Shown in pieces: positions 1 to 18,398 of a DNA stretch of 64,000 nucleotides (position 1 is its first letter; the number at the start of each line of letters is the position of its first letter). The notes under the pieces were generated by a model that was not told where the DNA came from, made no database searches, and saw only the letters and a program-made list of their open reading frames with translations. The stretch is from the NCBI RefSeq assembly GCF_009914755.1, contig NC_060938.1. The stretch is one strand, 5' to 3'. This DNA comes from the human T2T-CHM13v2.0 reference genome, Homo sapiens. The position numbers were made by a program, and so were the translations under genes.

Positions 1-552
1 AATAACTGTCTTTCACTAGATAGTGGACAAAACACTGTCTTTGTGTTCAAGATCAAAATGTTACTGCTTTCCTGATGTAAGTTTCCTCTTTCGTTTTTAA
101 AGGCATGATCCAATTATTTTGATATGTTGTTAGCAAAGTGGCTTTGGTGTGTCAAGTATAATGCTTAATTGTTTGCATCCTATCAAATGTAATGCCACCA
201 TTAAATTTTTCCCTTAAGTCACTCAAGTACTCAAGCAGCTAATAAAAAGCCCAATTCTTAGTCTTATTGTAAAAACAGTCCCAGGCAGTTGAATTGGCAA
301 TCAGTTGTTTCTGTAAATTCCTTCTTTACCAAATAATTTCTTAAGTTCACATATATCTAGTAGAGAGAAGATACAGGAAGCTCCCTGAATTTTCTGAAAG
401 GCAGGAACCTTAAACTATTCAGGGTGATAAACTACATGGTTCTATGTTATTATATACTATATAATTTATTTTTTTTACTCAATGTATGGTAATGGTCCTG
501 TTGTGGTCTGGCATCTTCTGGGCACTTACTTCAACTTTAGAACCTAATACTA

Positions 553-903
<351 letters not shown>

Positions 904-904
904 T

Positions 905-1499
905 TATCAGTATCATCTGAGAGGTTATTCAAAATGCAAATTTTTAGGCTTATTGAATCAGGGTCTATGGTGGTGGATTCTAAGAATCTGGTTTTAACAA
1001 GCTGTTAAATCAAGTTTAGCCTAAAGCTGCCTCCTTACATAGTTTAAGTTCAGCTTAAAGGCTTCTCTAGACATCGTGAACTGTAACCTAAATGGAATTG
1101 TAAACCCACCGTACCCTACTCTCGTGCCAACCACTGAGTTTTGGCCAATCAAATGTGGCCAACTGCTCAAACCATGTTCAAATAAGGCAAACACCAAGCT
1201 GTAACCAGCTTGGTGGTTACAGTTTCTGTAACTTGGTGGGTACAGTTTCTGACTGTTTCTGTACCTCACTTCTATTTTCTGTATTTAACTTTCCTTTTTC
1301 TGTCTTCCACTATGTGGCTGCGCTGGAGTCTCTGAGCCTACTCTGGCTCAGGAGACTGCCTGATTCACAATTGGTTCTTTGCTCAAGTAACTCCTTTAAA
1401 TTTAATTTGGATAAAGGTTTTTTTGTTTGTTTGTTTGTTTGTTTTTTTAACAAAGCTCTTTGGGTGATTTTGATGTATGCTTAAGTTTGAGAATCTTTG
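905..1499. mobile_element. MER5A-like hAT MITE remnant, split by the LTR at 1003-1452
   Basis: 'aagaatctggttttaacaagc' continues after the LTR as 'tctttgggtgattttgatg...aagtttgagaatc', which resembles MER5A. Confidence 0.6.
1003..1452 (+). mobile_element. ERV1 solo LTR, MER57B-like
   Basis: TG...CA ends, recognisable 'tgttaaatcaagtttagcctaaagctgcctccttacat' start, 4-bp TSD aagc at 999-1002 and 1453-1456. Confidence 0.85.
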
Positions 1500-1642
1500 C
1501 AGCATTCCCCACCCCTTATTCTAGCAAAGGGTTTGATGGTTATGTTTATGGAAAATTGGTTTGTAGGCCCAGATATCCAGATGTTCCTATTGTTTCAGAA
1601 TCTCAAACTTGAGTGACCATGGAATTATGTAAATAGAGGACT

Positions 1643-1944
1643 TGTCTTAGTCTGTTTTGTGTTGCTCTAACAAAATACCAGAGACTGGGTAATTTATAAA
1701 GAAAAAAAAATTATTTTCTTATAGTTCTGGAGGCTGGGAAGTCCAAGATCAAGGTGCTGGCAGGTTCCATGTCTCGTGAGGGCTGCTCTCTGCTTCCAGG
1801 ATGGCACATTGATGCTTCATCCTCTGGAGAAAAGGAACATTGTGTCCTCACGTGGTGGAATGTGGAAGGGCAATAAAAGACAAACTCCCTCCAAGCCCTT
1901 TTATAGGAGCCTTATGTATTCATTCATAAGGGCGGAGTAACTCA
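1643..1944 (-). mobile_element. MaLR LTR (MLT1A/MST group), partial
   Basis: 'tgtcttagtctg...gttctggaggctgggaagtccaagatcaagg' is typical antisense MaLR. Confidence 0.85.
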
Positions 1945-2884
1945 AGGGTTTTTCTTTAAGGGCTTTCTACTTTTGCCATCCATCTATGATGCCTTTGCAA
2001 TCGAATCTTGCATAATATATAATCTCACACTGTCATTACAACATCATGATTTACTAGAGTGATTAAAACTTTGTGGTATACTGCAGTATTTCTAGTTAAA
2101 CTGAGGGGTAAACTGCAGATGCTTTTAATGTCAACCATAATTGTAAGACATTTTTTCTAAAATATATCTTTCCCCTGATTTATTTAGTAGATTGTAATAA
2201 TGCTAGGTACTTCCTTTGATAATTTGAGATATTAACATATTTCAAAATGATCCTTATGGATATCATTGTGTACTAGTATTTATAAAGAATATTTATATTA
2301 ATGGGCTGAATCTGTACAAATTAGGAAATATTTTAAGGATACAGCAATTTGCTTACCAGTTAAGGACTGGGACTGGTGGAAGTTGTTTGCACAGCTGGGA
2401 AAAATCTTTTATCACTGATATTAAAATTGCCAGCTCAAGGGGATATTACAAAACAGGCCAACTTCTAGTTTGTTTTACCATTGTTTTAAACTTCTGTACA
2501 AAAAAATACAGCCCTTTGTTGACTATACTCATGGCAGACTAATCCCATGGCCCCATCCTTGGTATACCACTAGAATACAGAGTACTAGAGAGAATAATAT
2601 AATGAATATCTTTCTACTTATCTTCTGGCTTAGTCAAATCTTAATATTTTATCATAGTGACTTTAGATTTTTATTATAATGAAATAAAACATTACGTTTA
2701 TAACTGAAACTCCTGTGTAATTTTTTCCTCTGTTCTCTTCCTAGAGGTAGCCACTATGTTAAATTTCATTTTCTGCATTCCTATGCGTATTTTTATCTTT
2801 TATCTTGGTGTACATATGCGTGTACTGCAAAACAATATGGCTTCTGCATATCCATAAACAATACAGTATTATTATTATTAATTA

Positions 2885-3490
2885 GGCTTTTAATTTTCAG
2901 GTAATTGTATGTTCACATGCAATTGTAAGAAATAATACAGAGATCGCTTGTACTCTTAGCCCAGTTTCTCCCAGTAGTTCTCCCAGTTTCCAATTGCAAA
3001 ATTATAGAGCAATGATTACAACCAGGATGTTGACATTAATATGGTGAAGATATAGAACATTTCTATCACTAAAAGGATTCCTCATGTTGCTCTTTTACAG
3101 CCACACTTATCTTCCTCTTGCCCCATCCATTCTTTAACCACTGGCAACCACAAATCTGTCCTCCATTTCTAGAATTTTATCATTTCAGGAATGTTACGTA
3201 AATGTAATCATATGGTATGTGTACCTTTTGATATTGGCCTTTTTTCACTCAGTGTATTTCTCTGGAGATTCATCCAGGTTGTTTCACATATCAAAAGTTT
3301 GTTCCTTTCTAGTGATGGGTAGTATTCCATGGTATGGCTATACCATGATTGTTTTGTTTTCAGTTTGAGACTATGAAGAATAAAGCTATAAACATTTGTG
3401 TACAGGTTTTTATGTGAACAGATTTTCAATTTTCTGGGATAAATGCCCAGCAGTTAATGCTGGGTCAAGTGGTAGTTGCATGTTTAGTTG
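2885..3490 (-). mobile_element. Old L1 3' fragment (L1MB/L1MC group)
   Basis: Antisense L1 3'UTR and ORF2 C-terminus; ORF 3208-3429 gives the degenerate 'HTMEYY...WMNL' motif. Confidence 0.8.
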
Positions 3491-3499
3491 TTTCCCCTT

Positions 3500-5890
3500 A
3501 TTTAAAAAAAAGTGGTGAAATACACATAACATTAAATTTACCATCTTAACTATTTTAAAGTGTACAATTCAGTGGTATTAAATACATTTATAACGTTGTG
3601 CAACTATCACCACTATCTTTGGAACTCTTATCAGCGTGTAAGGCTGAAATTATATCCATTAAACATTCATCCAATCCATTAAATTGTTTCCAGTAAATCC
3701 CCATTACCCCGGTAACCACCCTTCTACTTTCTGCCTCTATGATTTTAACTACTCTAAGAACACTAAATGGAACCATGCAATACTTTTCTTTTTGTGACTT
3801 GCTTATTTCCCTTAGCTCAGGTTTCATCCATGTTATAGCATATGTCAGAATTTTCTCCCTTTTTAAGCCGGAATAGTATTTCATTGTATGTACATACCAC
3901 GTTTTGCTTATCCATTCATTCATCAATGAACACTTGGGTTATTGCCATGTTTTAGCTATTGTGAATAATGCTGCTATCAACATGAGTGCACAAATACATG
4001 TTGGAGTTCTGCTTTCAAATCTTTTGGGGATATATATCCAGAAAAGGAACTGCTGAATATATGGTAATTCTTTTTAAATTTCTGAGGAATTGCCATTTGT
4101 TTTCCACAGAGGCTCCACTATTTTACATTTCCACCAATAGTGCACCAAAGTGCTGATTATTCCACATCCTTGCCAACACTTGCTATTCTTTTTTTTTAGA
4201 GTAGCCATTTTAATGAGTGTGAGGTGGCATCTCACTTTAGTTTTAATTTGCATTTCCCTAAAGATAAGTGGTATTGAGCATCTTATATGCTTATTGGCCA
4301 TTTGTGTAACTTCTTTGAATAAATGTCTGCTCAAATCCCTCATCCATTTTTGAATTGTTTTTGTTGTTGAGTTTTAGGAGTTCTCTATACACTGGATATT
4401 AATCCCTTGTCAGATATAGAATTTGCAAATATTTTCTCCCTTTCCGTGAGTTCCCTTTTTACTCTGACAATGTTTTTGATGCTTAAACATTTTTCAATTT
4501 TCATGAAGTTAAATTTATCTATTTTTTCTTCTGTTGCCTGTGCCTTTGGTGCCATATCCGATAAATTATTGTCAAATCTAATGTAAAGCTTTTCCTTATG
4601 TCTTCTTCTAAGAACATCATAGTTTTAGGTCTCACATTTAGGTATTTGATTCATTTTGAGTTAAGTTTTCTGTACGGTGTTTGGTAAGGGTTCAACTTCA
4701 TTATTTTGCATGAGGATATCCAGTTTTCCTACTACCATGTGCTGAAAAGACTGTCCTTTCCCTATAGAATGGCCTTGGCACCTGTGATATTGTGATTTAT
4801 AACAAGAAATAAATACAGTATTAGGTTTTCATCCTTATTTCCTGGCATACAACTCCTAAAATCCTTGGAATCTCCAAAGTGGTGTGTCTTTTTGTATCCC
4901 CGTGCATAGACTGATGACTGGAAGTCCCTAGGTAGTTTTAGGATGGGGGCTGGTCACCAGAAGGACCAAGGCATGATTAGAGGATTGGAACATTTGCCTC
5001 ATCTCCCAACCCTCAGGGAGAGGAAAGGGGCTGCAGGTTAAGTTGATCACCAATGGCCAATAATTTAGTCAATCAAGTCTATTAAATGAAGCCTCTATAA
5101 AATTCCAAAAGAAACTGAATCGGGGGAGCTTCCTGATAACTGAACATGAGGAGGTTCCTGGAGGGCGGTGCCCCAGAAAGGGCATGGAAGTTCTGTACCC
5201 CTTCCCCCCGCCTTTCCTTATGTATCTCTTCATCAGGTGTCCATCACATCCTTTGCACTGTCCTTTATAATAAACTAGTAAACATGTTTTCCTGAGTTCT
5301 GTGAGCCATCCTGGCAAATTAATCAAACTTGGGACATGGGTCATGGGAACTCCAATTTATAGTCTATTGGTCAGAAGTATAGGTGACAATCTATTACTTG
5401 TGTCTGAAATGAGGGCACTCTTGTGGAACTGAGCCCTCAACTTGTGGTATCTGATGCTATCTCCAGCTAGATAGTGTCAGAATTGAATTGAGCTGGGGGA
5501 CACCGAGCTGGTGTGCCATAAAGAATCTGCCAAAGACTTGGTTGCTTGTAGGGAGAAATCCCTACCCACATTTTGGTGACTAGAGCTCACAGAAGTGATC
5601 TGTGTTGTGAGTAGAGTAAAAAATCAAGTGTTTTTCCTCTCAGAGCACCCTTGTTAAAAAAATCATTTGACCAAGTATGTGAGGGTTTATATGCCTGCCT
5701 TTATGCCAGTGCCACACTGTTTTGATTACTGTAGCTTTGTAGTAAGTTTTGATATTAGAAAGTGTGAATCCTCCAGCTTTGTTCTTCATTTTCAAGATTG
5801 TTTTGACTATTCAAGGTCCCTTGAAATCCCATATGAATTTTAGAATTTAAAAAAAATTCTGCAAAAACTGTCATTGAAATTTTAATAGAA
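3500..5890 (-). mobile_element. L1MB-type LINE fragment interrupted by a MER21 LTR
   Basis: ORFs 3588-3926 and 4074-4343 resemble the ORF2 C-terminus (HTMKYYS, REMQIKT); L1 sequence resumes at 5650. Confidence 0.85.
4783..5644 (+). mobile_element. ERVL solo LTR, MER21-like
   Basis: Starts 'tgtgatattgtgatttataa', has an internal AATAAA near 5268, and a 5-bp TSD gcacc at 4778-4782 and 5645-5649. Confidence 0.8.
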
Positions 5891-6139
5891 GTACATTTCA
5901 ACATGACATTTGGGGGGACAAATACCCAAACTGTATCAATATGCATTTAGGGATGATGGCCACCACCTACTCTAGTGTTATAAGATTTAAATGTCATCAG
6001 AGACAAGCCATTCATACAAAGACTTGGAAACACCTTTCCTAGCTGTGGTCTCTGGGCAGCTGCATCTTGCAGGAGTGACTTGTTCCACCCGGGTCCACCA
6101 TTTCAATGCATTTGTCATCATCTATCATCATGACCATCA

Positions 6140-6381
6140 CAGCAGCTAATATTTACTAACCCTTACTGTTTTCCAGGCACTATGTAAATTACTTTACATG
6201 CATTATTTTACTTGTTTCTCATAACAACCTTATAAAGTAGGCACTATAATTTATCTCCAGTTTATACTCAAGGAAACCAAAGCCTAAAACAAATTAAATG
6301 CTTGCTCAGAGCAACTAGCCAGGATTCAAACTCAGGAAATCACAGCCCAGCTTCTAAGCTCTTAACCACTGTGCTGCATTG
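6140..6381 (-). mobile_element. MIR SINE
   Basis: Degenerate MIR core: 'ctcataacaacct...gaaaccaaagcct...aggattcaaactcagg'. Confidence 0.75.
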
Positions 6382-6871
6382 CATTTCTTTATTACTTTAT
6401 GATTATTTTTTAATTTGCAAAAGGAAGAGATAGAAGTCTAATTATAAGAATGCCATTTATATAGCATCAAAGAAAAATCAGGAGCATTTTCGATAAAAAT
6501 CTCTATATTGTGTGTGATTTAAAATCCTCAGTCATTGACTTGGGCTCAGGATAGTGTGCTTATCCATTAGTTATTTTTCCTCCCACCTTCAAAAATTATT
6601 AATATGTAAACATTCTTAAAAGTGTGGAAACATGCCATAATGTAACATTATTTTTGCATATTCCTACCTTTATTCTTGTGGATGTCTTTTGCTTTTGCTT
6701 GTTGTAGTTTTAGTGTACATATAACTTAACTTTTTTTAAGATTAGCATTATAAGCATGTTTCCATACTATATAATCTTTATAATGATCATTTGAGTAGAT
6801 GTGTTATAATTTACTTACCCATTGTCCTACTGTTAGACATAATACTTGCACAAATCACTTTCAAAGAACAT

Positions 6872-7760
6872 TTTCATGCATATTACTTTTTCTATCATTT
6901 GAGTTATTTTCCCAAGATAAATTTCTTGTGGGGGGAAATTACTAGGCCAGTGGGCTGATCATTTCTACGGTTTCTTATACTGTTTAATATCAGACACATG
7001 GTTAGAATTGGGAGTGCTGACTGAATCAGAGCCAAATGAGGTCATTACAGCACTGTCTCTATAGAGTATTTTCATGACATATCAATATATTGCTGACAAT
7101 TGATGTTAATTAGAGGTTTACTTGCCGAATGTCTTAACTTCTTGGCGTTCTCTATGGTTGTTCTAATGGTTAATGTGGTTAGGTCTGGTGCATGACCCCA
7201 CATCTATCTGAGATTTATACTCCTTGAATTGCAGTAATGTTCAGTGTACATTTTAATCATTGAAATAATTATAGGTTTTTAAACTTCCTCTGGAAAACAA
7301 TTATTTGTTAGCATTTCATGCATATTACTTTTTCTTTCATTTGGGTTATTTTCCCAAGATAAATTTCTTATGGGGGGATATTACTAGGCCAGTGGGCTGA
7401 TCATTTCTATGGTTTCTTATACTGTTTAATATCAGACACATGATTGGAAATGGGAGTGCTAACTGAATCAGAGTCAAATGAGGTCATCATAGCACTGTCT
7501 CTATAGAGATATTTTCATGACATATCAATATATTGCTGACAATTGATGTTAATTAGAGGTTTACTTGCTGAATGTCTTAACTTCTTGGCGTTCTCTGTGG
7601 CTGTTCTAATGGTTGATGTGGTTAGGTCTGGTGCATGACCCCACATCTATCTGAGATTTATACTCCTTGAATTGCAATAATGTTCAGTGTACGTTTTAAT
7701 CATTGAAATAATTATAGGTTTTTTTTTATTTCTCTAGAAAACAATTATTTGTTAGCATTT
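6872..7760. repeat. Direct tandem duplication, two copies of about 442 bp
   Basis: Copy 1 'catgcatattac' starts at 6875 and copy 2 at 7317; about 25 differences by eye. Confidence 0.97.
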
Positions 7761-10299
7761 TTAAAACCTCAGAGGACAAAATAGAATTTAATGAAGGGAA
7801 AATAGAACATAGAGATGTGGACAAAGGGAAGTATCATGACATGCTTATGATCTTTGTCCAATTGTGCCCACCCTGCTATGCTGCTGACCGTCACACTAAT
7901 CCATTAGGGCTTCACAAGGGAGCACGAGCCGGGTGTTCATGACTTGCTGAACTGATTTCTGGGAGAGTTTGGATGATGTACAAGTGACTAGCTATATATG
8001 CATGTGCCGAATTAGACAAACCTCCTTCAGTTTCAATTGGATGGTACTACCTACCCCTTTTTTGCTCTTGCACTTCTTCAGCTTAGCCAGCAGGCCTTGA
8101 ACCCTAATGTAGTACCCCAAGCGAGCCACTCTCTTGGTGCTGTGGTCATGGCCTCTGTTGAGGCACCCTGGATCTCATCACTCATCCCTTTGCCCCAGAA
8201 CCTTGATAGGCAACTCTTCCTTATTAGGGAAAGCATGTATCACTAAATTCTTGATGGAGACTGAAGCCAATATTTTATTACATATTGATATTTTTAGAGA
8301 TACCAAACTTAAGATATTAAGCAATGACATCAGACCCAATATCAGATTTCTCAATGAGACATTTTGAGTGTGGCTGTTTGTTTGTTCCCTCATTTTACAC
8401 TCTGTGAAGGTTAATATCACGTGTTGCCTCATACATTGCCTAAGCTCACCTGTTCTGCCTGCCAGTGACTGTGGCTTCAGTTGTTGCTCACAGCTGTTCA
8501 GGTGCAGATCACCTGCTCTTAACTTCTCCATTGGCTACTTGCTCTGTCTTTTGTACTCAAAACCCAAGAGTTGGATATTTTATCTTTCTAGTTCCACTTC
8601 TCACTGGGTCCATGGAGGTCTCCTGGCCTGACGCTCCTATGGGCAATGGTGACAAGGCAAAAATGAGGTATGAAAGAGACACTGGTGAATATCCCATCAC
8701 ATAACTGCCTGTGTTGATTTACTGTTTCTTGCCTCTTTGTTGACAATTGATGCTTCACTCCATTTCCTCAGCTGCTGCTTTGCATTATTATGGTGGTGAT
8801 TATGGTATTCTAGCCTGGCTACGTTGCTTCTAAGTAAACACCTCTCTCGTTTCAGCCTGGCCCCAAATTCTTCCTACCCTGATGCTGTTGCTGATATGGC
8901 CAGTGTTTTTCCTGGGCTGGCATAGCCTTGGTCAGCTAGAGCTGAGGAGCACTTGCCAATTTACTTCAGGCACCACCCAGTCCATATTGCTTATTTAGGA
9001 TACAAGTTTGGTCCACAGGTGTTTGAGTTTGCAACCCTTGAACAGGCTTTTTAGCCTCATACCTGCGTGCCTGCAGGCTCTCTGCCCATTTGTATTTTCC
9101 TGAGTTCCCAGGACTATATCTTATATTTGCGAAAGTTGTTTTGTGGCCTTGTTTTTGGCACCCTGAGCTAGATGCTGCCACCACAGTTGCTGTTATTGGT
9201 GCTCTCTTGGGTACAGATCTTTACCAATGACCCCGGCCACTGTCAATTTGCTCAGAGCTGTAATGGTTCTAACTTTCCCGAAAGTACAGGGACACACTCT
9301 TTCTTTCTTCAGTACCATGATCTGTTAGAGGGGTCTCCAAGTAAAATTGCTGGGCCTTGCGTAGTTTAATGAGAGCTCTGCAGTTTCACACGCCTAGGGG
9401 TACCTGGACTCCTCCATGAGGCTGGGTTAGGCCAGGATCAAGCAACAGTAGCCATTTCTGCATCTTGAAACCAGTGCTCCCTTCTGTGTATTAACCCTGT
9501 GGAGGAGTCTGGTTTCTTTAGGATGATTTTTTTTCAGAGGTCCTGAAATGGGACACTTTACAGTTTGAATCTGTTGGATCTCCCTGCTCCACTTCGGAGT
9601 TCCCACAAGTTTATGTATTTCCGAACGCCACTTGCAGTTTTCAACTTTCTCCCCAGGAAGCCTCTCAACCTCCCCGAAAACTGGAGAATGCAATAGATAC
9701 GGTGAAGGAGGGTTGTCTAGCCTTACCTCCGTAGTCCTGAAATATATTTACATTTTAATCTCAACCCCAGACAGAATGCCTTTATGAAGTTTAGCACCTG
9801 GCTCCCTCAAACATAACTGTAATGATGTATCTGATTTGCATTGGTGCCCCCTAAATGCCTGGCACAGGACTTTGTGCATAATTGGTGTTCGGTTATGTTT
9901 TAATTGAATGATTAAAGATTTGATGGGATAAAGATGTTTAAAGACAAAGAAAAAATTTGTTTACAGCAAAGTTGAGGTTGGACTGCACAAGTTTTCAGTC
10001 TGCACCTTTACTTTCAGAACTATTCATTTTCCAATTGGAAATGCTTGAGGGGCTTTAAGGCATCTGGATAACAATCTTTTCTGGACTGTAAAGATGGAGA
10101 CCAGCACCCAAAGATGTCACAACAAGTGCATATCACCTGATATGAAATAAAAATTAAGCTTAAAAACAGTTTGTTAGCATAATCTTATTTTAAAAAGGAA
10201 TTTGCATAGAGAAAAGACTGAAGGACATATGGCATGACTATTAATAACATTCCTGTGAGCAATAATACTATGGTGAACTTTTATCCTTTCTTTTTGATT

Positions 10300-10626
<327 letters not shown>

Positions 10627-10858
10627 GATTTCTACTTTCTTAAAGCTATGACAATGAACATATTTTTGTAACACAATATTAAATATAATGTCTTACTATT
10701 TTATTTTATTATACTTGTATGTGATTTTAATTAAAGGAAGCAAACAGAATGCACAATATGGAGCCCTCTGAGTTACTCTTGGTAACAGATTGACTTGAAA
10801 ACAAATGCATGCCTAAGTGAATTATATTCCTGAGAAATTCTAATGGAAAAGTATATGA

Positions 10859-11236
<378 letters not shown>

Positions 11237-11441
11237 TGGCATCCTTTATATAACAGAGAATGGGTAGCTTTTCATTATGCCGTATGTACACAGGGGTAAG
11301 AAAAAACAAAACAGAGAAATGTTCACATGGAATCTCAAAGGACCTTTGTGCCAAGGAAAAGTTATTTTTATTAGGGGAATCCTATGAAATACTTTTTCTC
11401 ATTGTGATCCCCATCACTGTTGTTGTCATCATTTGTGATAA

Positions 11442-11690
11442 TAGCAGTATATCATGGCGAGGAAGGCCTTGACCTTGGCATTCCACAGGCAAGTTTGAAT
11501 CCTGGCTCTGTTACTCACCCTGTGACTCTCAACCAATCATTTAACTTTCTTATTGTCAGCTTCTTAATTTTTAAACTGGTAGATAATAATGCCAACTTGA
11601 TATGGTTCTTATGAGGATCGAGGTAACATCAGTAAAGAACATAATGCTTTTGGCATGTAATAAGCATTCGATGCAGACAAGTGCATATTG
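11442..11690 (+). mobile_element. MIR SINE
   Basis: 'gtttgaatcctggctctgttactcacc...tgtgact...atttaactt' MIR core. Confidence 0.75.
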
Positions 11691-12065
11691 CTATTAAGGA
11701 TAACGATAGGAATTGTTGGTATCATTTATTGATACCTGTTATATCCAGGGAATTATTTTTATTTCCTTTATGCCTTTCTTTCACTTATTCCTTAAATCAA
11801 CTTTTGATATGAATGAGAAAACTGGAGCCCCACAGAGTTTAAGTTAACCTGCCTAAGGTAAAGAAAGTGGCAATAAAAAAAAAGCTACAGCTGAGATTTG
11901 GACCTATATTGATGTGATTCAGATTTTTACTCAGGTGGCTCAATATTCCACAGAATTAAGGTTTGATGATGTACTATTTATATAGTGATTTATTTTTGGT
12001 AATTACCGATAATAAACTTTGACTAGCTTTTCAGCAAAACTTTATGGTAGAAAAAAATATTTATC

Positions 12066-12084
12066 TGACCACCAGAGGGCGCTT
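12066..12084 (+). promoter_or_regulatory. CTCF-binding motif
   Basis: tgaccaccagagggcgctt is a near-perfect match to the CTCF core consensus, lies in non-repeat AT-rich DNA and keeps its CpG. Confidence 0.75.
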
Positions 12085-12969
12085 GACCAAAGTTCTGTAA
12101 TTACACTCACCACTCAGAACCTCTCACATCGTTACATTCTACAGCGAAATAATTTGCCAGGTTCCATGTAGGTAAAACAGCAAAAGGCAGCAGTCCATAC
12201 AATGAAGTAAATGTGTTTATTTTTGAAATAGAGTTGTCTTAGGTAGTCAGACTACGGGAATCCGGGAATACGGGAATCCCCTTTTGGACTATTTTCGGAC
12301 ATCCGTCCTTAGGCACACAATTTATTTAATGAATGTAATCCATTTTGATTTGTATTAAAATAGCATCTGATTTAATAATTTGATGGTAACTTTCAGCTTA
12401 ATCAGATTTTCATTAGTTAATTATTTGAAGGTATTTAGTTAAATACTTGAAATTTGAGGTTTATGGTAGAAGTGGCAAGTAGCCATTCATTCTGGCTGCA
12501 CAGTAAGCAAGGGCATCTACTTCATTGTCCCCAAAGGAACTGACCTATGTTTTGTGAAGACGGTTTGATTAAATAAAAGCAATTTTGTCATCATTTAACA
12601 AGCAGTTTACCAATTGAGCACGTGTAGGGAGTATTATTTTCGCTCTGTCAGTCTTGGGAATTTCTGTAGTTTATAAAGTGTACAAAATCTGTTCTTCTAG
12701 GCACTTAACATGTAGCACTTTGTGTCAATTGTAATTACAAGGACATGCACAGCCATTCCTGTATTTGAAACCTGCTCAGAATATCTGCAGTTTAAATTTG
12801 CCAATGGAGAAATCATCCTACAATTTTAACAGAGTAAATATGAAATGAGAAGGATAAATTCTTATTTATTAAGGATCCAATTATTCAGTTTTTAGATCAC
12901 ATGAGTTATTTTGCTCCTCATTCACTCGACAATTATGAATTGGTGCACAGTTTAATAAATACACACTGA

Positions 12970-13330
12970 ATGGATAAATAATTAAGTGAATGAGTACTTC
13001 TCATATGCAAGGCACAGGTCTAGGTGCTGTGGGTCGTGTAAAACGAAGTTTATATGGTTTCTGATCTCTAACAAGTTTATGACATGGCTGGAAGATCAGG
13101 TGCATGTAAAAACAAGTGAAATAACACAAGAGTTAAGTAACAGTAAAAGGCATCACAAGAAAGATATAGTTAAATTCCAACTGAATGCTACAAAGAATGA
13201 GCGCCATGAATTTGAAGAAGAAGTTACGGTCAGGGTGGGCCTTATGGAGGAGGTGAGAGATAAGCTGGGCCTAAAATGTGAGAAAATTGGTGGAAGCAGA
13301 GGGCACTTTCAAATGGTGAAGGAAGTAGAA
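12970..13330 (-). mobile_element. L2 LINE fragment
   Basis: 'gagtacttctcatatgcaaggcacaggtctaggtgctg' resembles the antisense L2 3' end. Confidence 0.55.
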
Positions 13331-14520
13331 TGAAAAAAAATGGAGCGAACCAAAGCAAGGAAGATGGATGGGAATGTACAGCGTATTAGTACATGTGGAG
13401 TATGAGAAAGTATACAGGCCCAGGCTTTTCAAACTAGGGCACTCACCTCCCTGGTGGAAGAGTTGTCCCCACAGTATAAACGGGGAGCACTCCCTCCAAT
13501 GCCAGTTTCAACTGGAAAATATGAAGAAGGAATATTAAATAATTTAACTGGCAGATAAATTAAATGTTTAATATTAAAACAAATGTGGATGTATTATAAC
13601 AGAGAGTTGATGAGATGGAAGCCCAGAAAGTTTGTGACTTGTTCAAGGTTGTGTAACTTGTTCAGAGGACAAGTCTAGCTGGAAGGCAGCATTGGGCAGG
13701 TTGTTCTCAGTCTTGAATATCATGGTCAAGTGTGTACTTTGCTTTTGCTCTACTATTATGTCCTTTTATATCACTTGACTGCTCATTAACTTCCCTGCCA
13801 AAAGGTGGTCAGGAAAAATAATAAAAGGAATTTGAACAAACTCATCACTTTTTTCCTTCTTGTTGATAGTGCTTATATGAGGATTAAGAAAAAATGATAT
13901 CAAAGCTTTCAAATGAAGTTTGAAAATCATTTGTTAATTGAAATCATTTCAGTGTTCCCTGAACCCTATTGTTAACAGAGATAATATAGTTGGATATAAA
14001 TAAAATGTACTGTGATGGCTAACAGGGGGACTATATGTTTTTCAGATCTGGGACACATTTGATTTTTGAGAAGAAATAGATTATTCATTTGGCAGGAAGT
14101 ACTGGTTGAGTACTGCCAGTACAAATACTTTTTTAGGCCCTGAAAAATAGTCTCCCATCTTTAATGATGACCTGGCTGAAAAGAAAGCCTTGAACCTCAG
14201 GTGGGTGGGCTGGATTTCTTTTGTAGTCATAGGGCAAAGCTCTGAAGACATTTCCAGAATATCTCATCAGCAGAATGATTTTTTTAAAGTTTATTTTATT
14301 TTATTTTATTATTATTATTATACTTTAAGTTTTAGGGTACATGTGCAAAATGTGCAGGTTAGTTACATATGTATACATGTGCCATGCTGGTGTGCTGCAC
14401 CCATTAACTCATCATTTACATTAGGTATATCTCCTAATGCTATCCCTCCCCCCTCCCCCCACCCCACAACAGTCCCCAGAGTGTGATGTTACCCTTCCTG
14501 TGTCCATGTGTTCTCATTGT

Positions 14521-18335
<3,815 letters not shown>

Positions 18336-18398
18336 TATGATGTTAGCTGGTGATTTTGCTCGTTAGTTGATGCAGTCTCTTCCTAGCCTCGATGGTCT

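Noticed and set aside
1643-5938. One MaLR LTR split by a 4-kb insertion (pieces at 1643-1944 and about 5891-5938)
   Set aside because: The flanking 5-mers do not match as a TSD (ggact vs atatg), and the pieces look like different MaLR subfamilies. Two independent fragments is the simpler reading.
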